Shown here in pieces: positions 57,330 to 64,000 of a stretch of DNA of 64,000 bases. Under the pieces are notes generated by a model. It had not been told where the DNA came from, ran no database searches, and saw only the letters and a list, made by a program, of their open reading frames with translations. A program made the translations under genes and the position numbers. Within the stretch, counting starts at the first letter, position 1. Each line of letters begins with the position of its first letter. The stretch is taken from the NCBI GenBank assembly GCA_050250895.1, contig JBFWNU010000001.1:2564891-2628890 (forward strand), in the 5' to 3' direction. Source of the stretch: Vulcanimicrobiota bacterium (GTDB lineage Bacteria > Vulcanimicrobiota > Xenobia > Xenobiales > JADMJV01).

Positions 57330-58388
57330 CTATTGTTCCTCGCGAGCCGCCTTGAGGAGGCCGAACTCCTTTTGGGCCAGCTTGAGGGTGTCATCGATAC
57401 GAGCGTCTTGAATCTCGCGCTCCGCCTGCAGATTGCTCTCGACCAGCTTCTGGGTCTCTTCGTCGTAGATGCGCATCTGGCTGGTCATACGATCGACGTT
57501 CTGGGTCAGATAAAGCGAAGTGTTCGAGGCCAGGGTGGCCACCCGGTTGACGCTTTCCTTGAGCGAGTCCATCGACTGTTTCATATCCATGGTCAGCTCG
57601 CTGGCCTCGGTAGCGGTGGTCAAAGAGGCCAGGTTGCCGCGCAACTCGTCGAGAACCTCCTGGCCCGCGTCGTAAAGAGTCTGCATGTTGGTATGCAGAT
57701 TGGTGAGCAGTTCCATGAAATTGTTGTTCATGATGACGATGCTCGAAATGCGATCTTCGGCGTTGGAATACAGACGCAGCTTGCCGCCGTGCTGCCAGAT
57801 CAGCCGCTTGACTTCGTCGATCTCGGCCTGTTTTTCGCGGTGGGCGGCGGTGACTTCGTCACCAAGTCCCTCGATCTCGGCTTTGAGCTGGGACTCGATA
57901 TCCTTGAGTTGCAGGATATACTCGGCCGCCTTCTCTTCATTCTGGGCGGCCACGATCATCTTCTTGTTGAGACGCACCACGTCTTGGCGCACGTTCTCGA
58001 TTTCGGACTCCATCCGGTCGAGAAAGCCGCCCACTTCGCGGATGCGGGTTTCGGTCACGTGGATTTTCTCTTGCAGCAACTCCGAGATGGGACGGTCGGG
58101 CATTTTATCGCGGATGACTGGAATACGCTCGAGCAGTCCACGGGCGGCGCCCATGACGTTGCCAGAGGCGGCGTCTTTCATGCAGTCCCAAACCGATTTT
58201 TGCTCGGCCAACTCTTCGGTCATCTCACGAGCGATGATGTCGTGCGTTTTCTTGAGTTCTTCAAGCTCGCCGATGCGCTCGCCGTGTTCGTTCTGATACT
58301 CGTTGACCATGGTCTGCAGCGAGTCACGAGTATAATCCTCACCATCATAGACGATGCTCTTCTGCAGAATGTTGGAGCGGTCGGACAT
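57330..58388 (-). CDS. long coiled-coil protein (TelA/PspA-like character)
   Basis: GGAGG RBS before ATG 58388 (MSDRSN); heptad-rich, all-helical. Confidence 0.8.
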   Translation of the reverse strand: MSDRSNILQKSIVYDGEDYTRDSLQTMVNEYQNEHGERIGELEELKKTHDIIAREMTEELAEQKSVWDCMKDAASGNVMGAARGLLERIPVIRDKMPDRPISELLQEKIHVTETRIREVGGFLDRMESEIENVRQDVVRLNKKMIVAAQNEEKAAEYILQLKDIESQLKAEIEGLGDEVTAAHREKQAEIDEVKRLIWQHGGKLRLYSNAEDRISSIVIMNNNFMELLTNLHTNMQTLYDAGQEVLDELRGNLASLTTATEASELTMDMKQSMDSLKESVNRVATLASNTSLYLTQNVDRMTSQMRIYDEETQKLVESNLQAEREIQDARIDDTLKLAQKEFGLLKAAREEQ

Positions 58389-58520
58389 TAGATAGCCTCC
58401 TCGAAAAACCCGTGATTGCAGGCATGGTTCTGTTTCTGGAACCCGGATCCTCCATGGCCATCGCGAGGTTTTCCTTGTCTGGCAGCGTAACAACCCTGAC
58501 GAGGGAGTCAAGCGAGCAAC

Positions 58521-59225
58521 TTGGAGCGTCTACAGAAAGTGATGGCTGCGGCGGGGGTGGGCTCGCGCCGGCATTGCGAGGGCTTGATTCGCGCTGGCCG
58601 CGTGCGCGTCAACGGCGAGGTGGCCGAAGTGGGCCTGTCGGTCGAGCCGGGGCTGGACCAGATCGAGCTCGACGGCAAGAAGCTCGAGGGGCCGCGCCAA
58701 CTGGTCTATCTGGCCCTCAATAAACCGGTGGGCTACATCACTACCGCCAGCGATCCCCAGGGCCGGCCCACGGTCATGGACTTGCTTCCCAAGAATTTGC
58801 CCCGGGTATTTCCGGTGGGGCGTCTCGACCGCGATACCGAGGGGCTACTGGTGCTGACCAACAACGGACCCCTGGCCCACGGTCTGCTGCATCCCACTCG
58901 CGGAGTCCGAAAGCTCTATCACGCCACCGTGCGCGGCCGCCCTAGTCCGGCCCTTTTAAAGAAGTTGGCGGCCGGGGTGGAACTCGAGGACGGACCCACT
59001 GCTCCCTGTCGGGCTCGCCTGCTGGGACCCCACCTGGTCGAAATCGAGCTCAAGGAGGGTCGCAAGCGCCAGGTTCGGCGCATGCTGGGGTTGATCGGGC
59101 ACCCGGTCGAGAGCCTGCGCCGGGTTCGCTTCGGCCCCCTCGAACTGGGCGAGATCCCGCTGGGTAAGTGCCGTCCCATCCAGGGTCAGGCTCTCTCTGA
59201 GTTGCTGGCGGCGGCCGGCCTGTGA
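58521..59225 (+). CDS. rluB: RsuA/RluB-family pseudouridine synthase
   Basis: S4 domain ERLQK...SRR; GRLD-x-DTEGLL; [10 protein letters not shown]. Confidence 0.9.
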   Translation: MERLQKVMAAAGVGSRRHCEGLIRAGRVRVNGEVAEVGLSVEPGLDQIELDGKKLEGPRQLVYLALNKPVGYITTASDPQGRPTVMDLLPKNLPRVFPVGRLDRDTEGLLVLTNNGPLAHGLLHPTRGVRKLYHATVRGRPSPALLKKLAAGVELEDGPTAPCRARLLGPHLVEIELKEGRKRQVRRMLGLIGHPVESLRRVRFGPLELGEIPLGKCRPIQGQALSELLAAAGL

Positions 59226-59240
59226 GCGGGGAGGACCATC

Positions 59241-60979
59241 ATCGCCAAGATTCCCGATAAGACCGTCGAGGCAGTTCTCGACCGGACCTCGATTGCCGAT
59301 GTGGTCGGACGTTACGTCAAGCTCAAGAAGCAGGGGCGCCGGCTGGTGGGGTTGTGCCCTTTTCACTCCGAGCGCACGCCTTCGTTTTCGGTCGACCCGG
59401 TCAAAGGTCTGTGGTACTGCTTCGGCTGTCAGGAGGGCGGCAGCCTCTTCAACTTCATCATGAAAGTCGAGGGCATCACCTTCCCCGAGGCGGTGCGCAA
59501 GATGGGGGCCGAGGTAGGGGTGGTGGTCGAAGCCGACGAGGAAGAGACCCCCGAGCAGCTCCATCGCAAACGGCTCCTTGAGCTACTCGAGCGCTGCGCC
59601 CAGTATTACCACGAGCTACTGGTAAAAAGCCCGCTGGGGCGCGCCGCTCTCGACTATTGCCGCGGCCGAGGGCTGAGCGAGGCCGCCGTCGAGCGCTTTC
59701 GGCTGGGATGGGCCCCCGACGGCGGCCAGGCCCTGGTGCAGAAGCTGCAAGCCGCCGGCTATTCCCTCGAGGACGGCTTGGCCGCCGGAGTCCTGCGCGA
59801 GCGGGGCGGACGTTACGCCGACACCCTGCGCGGACGGCTGGTCTTTCCGATCACGAATGCCCAGGGCAAAGTCCTGGCTTTCGGCGGTCGAGTGTTGGGC
59901 GACGGTCAGCCCAAATACCTGAACACTCCCGAAACCGACCTCTACTCCAAGCGGCGTCACCTGTTCGGGCTGGCTCAGCATCGCGGCGCGATCAGCCGGG
60001 CCGAACGGGCGGTGGTGGTCGAGGGTTATCTCGATGTCATCAGTATGAGTCAGGCCGGGGTCGAGCTGGGGGTGGCTTCGCTGGGAACCTCCCTGACCGA
60101 AGAGCAGACCGAGCTGCTCAAGCGCTACGCCCACCAGGCTATTCTGGCCTACGACGCCGACCGGGCCGGCGAAGCGGCCACCATCAAGGCTATCGAATTG
60201 TTCGAGAATATCGGCTTGCGGGTTTCTATCGCCCCCCTCCCGCCAGGGCACGATCCCGACTCCCTGGCCCGGGCCGGCGGGGCCACCGCCATCGAAGCGT
60301 GTCTCGAGGGAGCCATCGAGGTGATCGAGTTCTTGATCGCGCGAAGCCAGCGCCGATGGGACTTGAATACGCCGGGAGGGAAACAAGATTTCGCGAGCGA
60401 AGTTCTGCCGGCTATTGGGCGGATTGCGGACCCCATTCGGCGCGACGCTTACGTCGTGAAGGTTGCGAACCTACTGCACGTCAGCGAGCAGCGACTGGCC
60501 TGGAGGCTACAGGGGGCTGAGGCTCCTGAAGGGCGCCGGGTTGCCAAACGAGGCCGTCGTTTGTCCGATATCGAAGAGCGACTTTTGAGCATTTGCGCCA
60601 CGGAGCCGAAATGGATCACTCTGGTCAAAGCCGAGTTGTCCCCTGACGACATCCAGCGCGAGGACCTTCGGCCCCTCTACGTCGCCCTTTTTGAGGTGGA
60701 ACGCAGAGACGAGCCGATCCGGCTGCAGGATTTTCTCGCCCATCTCACGGATGAGGTCCAGGTCGAGAGACTCTCTGAGCTTCTCATGGGTGAGGAATTG
60801 AGTTCCTCGGAAGAGGATATACGACGGCTGATTAGAGATGTTCGTAAGAAAGGGCTTGAGGTGAAGGTCGAGCGGCTGCGCCAGCGGGTTGTCGACCAGA
60901 TGCAGGCGGGGACCTTGAATTCGGAAGACGAACTGTATCAGGAGTATTTGAGGCTTCAGCAACAGCTGAAAGGTGTTCG

Positions 60980-60983
<4 letters not shown>
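59241..60983 (+). CDS. dnaG: DNA primase
   Basis: CPFH...CFGC zinc finger, [25 protein letters not shown]; start inferred at ATC 59241. Confidence 0.95.
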
Positions 60984-62562
<1,579 letters not shown>

Positions 62563-62566
<4 letters not shown>

Positions 62567-63258
62567 AGCTCTCGCAAGTCCTGGCCACGGGGGTCCTCTG
62601 GGCCCTCGTCTGCTTTCCTGCTCAAGCCCAGCAAGACCCTTACGCCGACGCAGTGGCTCGCATCTCGACGGTGCAATCGATGCTCGAGTTCTTCTTCATG
62701 GAGGCCGGCGTCTATCCGGCCGAACTCGAGGACCTCAATCGCGCCTTCAATGAACGGGTGCCCAAAGGTTTCAAGCCGGTGCCCGTTCCCCTAGACCCGG
62801 CTACCAACAAGCCGTTCGCCTATCAGGTAGGACCCAAGCATAAGAGTTACACGTTGGGGTTTCCGGATGCCTCGAAGTACTCTGGCCCGGCGGTCAAGTT
62901 GGTCCAGGTGCAGTGGGGTTGGCTGGCCTGGGAGGCCGAGCGCAAGCGCTTCGAGCAATTGGCCCAACTCTCGAAAGAGCACATGGAACTCCTGGCCACC
63001 CAGTTGGAGATGTTCGCCAAAGACAACAGCGGCAAATACCCTGCCGCCATGGACGAACTGTTCCCCAAGTACATCCGCCGCCACCCCCAGGACCCCCTCA
63101 CGGGCAAGAACTATCAATACAAGCCTCTGGCTGACGGTTACATCGTCGCGAACCCCAACCCGGAGCGCTACGGCCTGAAGCTCTTTCAGTACTCGTCTTC
63201 GCAAGGGTGGCAGGTCGAGGCCCTGCCCGACCCCAAAGCCGCCGAGAGCAAGAACTAG
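62563..63258 (+). CDS. exported protein with two GspG-like globular repeats
   Basis: Signal peptide; two LE-x-F...G-x-YP...L...DP-x-T-x-K-x-(F/Y)-x-Y units. Confidence 0.7.
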
Positions 63259-63262
63259 CCTC

Positions 63263-64000
63263 TCAGGCTTCGACCGCTCGCTCGATGCGCTTCATCAACA
63301 CCGGTAGCGACGACGAGCGGGCCACGCAGTCAAAGGCGCCCTGATCGAAGGCATCGATGAGAGCCTGCTCTTGCTCGGCGTAAACCACCACCTTGGTGAT
63401 GCGGCGTAGCGAACCCAGCTTTTCCAGGACGGCCTGATCGGGCAACAGCAAGACTCTGGCCATCGTGGTCGGTCGCTCGCCGGTAAGCTCTCGGATGGCG
63501 GTGTCGGCCTCGGCATAGTAGCGGGTGGAATAGTCTCGCGCTTTGGCCGCTTCGATGACGGCCTGGGCCCGGGCCTGGTCGGCATCCACTACCACGAGAT
63601 CGATGTCATCTGGCTCGGGCCCGTCCTCAGAGGCGGTGGCCGCCAGCACGATGCGGTTCCCTCCGGTGCCCTTGGCCTGGGCCAGGGCCAGATCGCAGCA
63701 CCTGAGCAGTCGCTGCAGATTCGACGAGTCTTCGGGGAACTGCGCTACACCGATGCTGGTCGTCACCTTGAGGTTGACTCCCTCGACTGGCGAGAAGCCC
63801 CCTTCGAGTTGCTGGCCCAGAATATGCTCGAGGCGATTCTCGGCCACCGACTTCTCGATGTTGTAGAGGCAGATGGCCAGCTCCGAGCGCCCCCAACGGG
63901 TGACCACGTCCTGGCCTCGGAGGGCTTTGCTCAGGCGACGCCCGAGTTCTTCCACCACCTTGTCACCGGCCATCCGGCCGTGCTCTTTGACGATGGCCTC
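63263..64000 (-). CDS. 5'-truncated degenerate GGDEF + receiver-like protein
   Basis: GDKVV...VTRWGRSEL...TTSIGVA...DLALAQAK-x-x-GGNR; runs off the window end. Confidence 0.8.
   Translation of the reverse strand, partial: EAIVKEHGRMAGDKVVEELGRRLSKALRGQDVVTRWGRSELAICLYNIEKSVAENRLEHILGQQLEGGFSPVEGVNLKVTTSIGVAQFPEDSSNLQRLLRCCDLALAQAKGTGGNRIVLAATASEDGPEPDDIDLVVVDADQARAQAVIEAAKARDYSTRYYAEADTAIRELTGERPTTMARVLLLPDQAVLEKLGSLRRITKVVVYAEQEQALIDAFDQGAFDCVARSSSLPVLMKRIERAVEA

Overview
High-GC bacterial chromosomal window. The gene repertoire suggests Ca. Eremiobacterota/Vulcanimicrobiota, but that is inference only. Ordinary content includes an AAA_21+DUF4276 pair, nurA-herA, a TetR-RND efflux operon, assorted enzymes and rluB-dnaG-rpoD. 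Three areas stand out. (1) At 32.6 kb a stand-alone transcription unit (near-consensus promoter plus intrinsic terminator) encodes a circularly permuted tRNA-Asn(GUU). The 3' part comes first, then a 4-nt linker, then the 5' part; the parts reconstitute a canonical 76-nt cloverleaf and are clamped by complementary leader and trailer. It sits at the edge of a lower-GC island carrying three integrase 3' ends, a type I toxin-antitoxin-like module and an XRE-ImmA/DUF4411 pair. (2) At 16.8-31.1 kb a regulon can be read from the DNA. A REC-BTAD (SARP-type) regulator and a GAF histidine kinase lie among six promoters with one exact geometry: heptamer-N4-heptamer-N10-TAnnnT. These promoters precede a Gly/Lys-rich peptide, a Tgl-like transglutaminase, a Gln/Lys-repeat EF-hand protein, an unannotated 44-aa peptide and two identical sibling sRNAs with an anti-Shine-Dalgarno loop. 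(3) Recoding candidates are an AhpD-like CxxU selenoprotein with a SECIS-like hairpin and a dnaG that appears to start at ATC. All calls come from reading the sequence by eye; no database searches were run.
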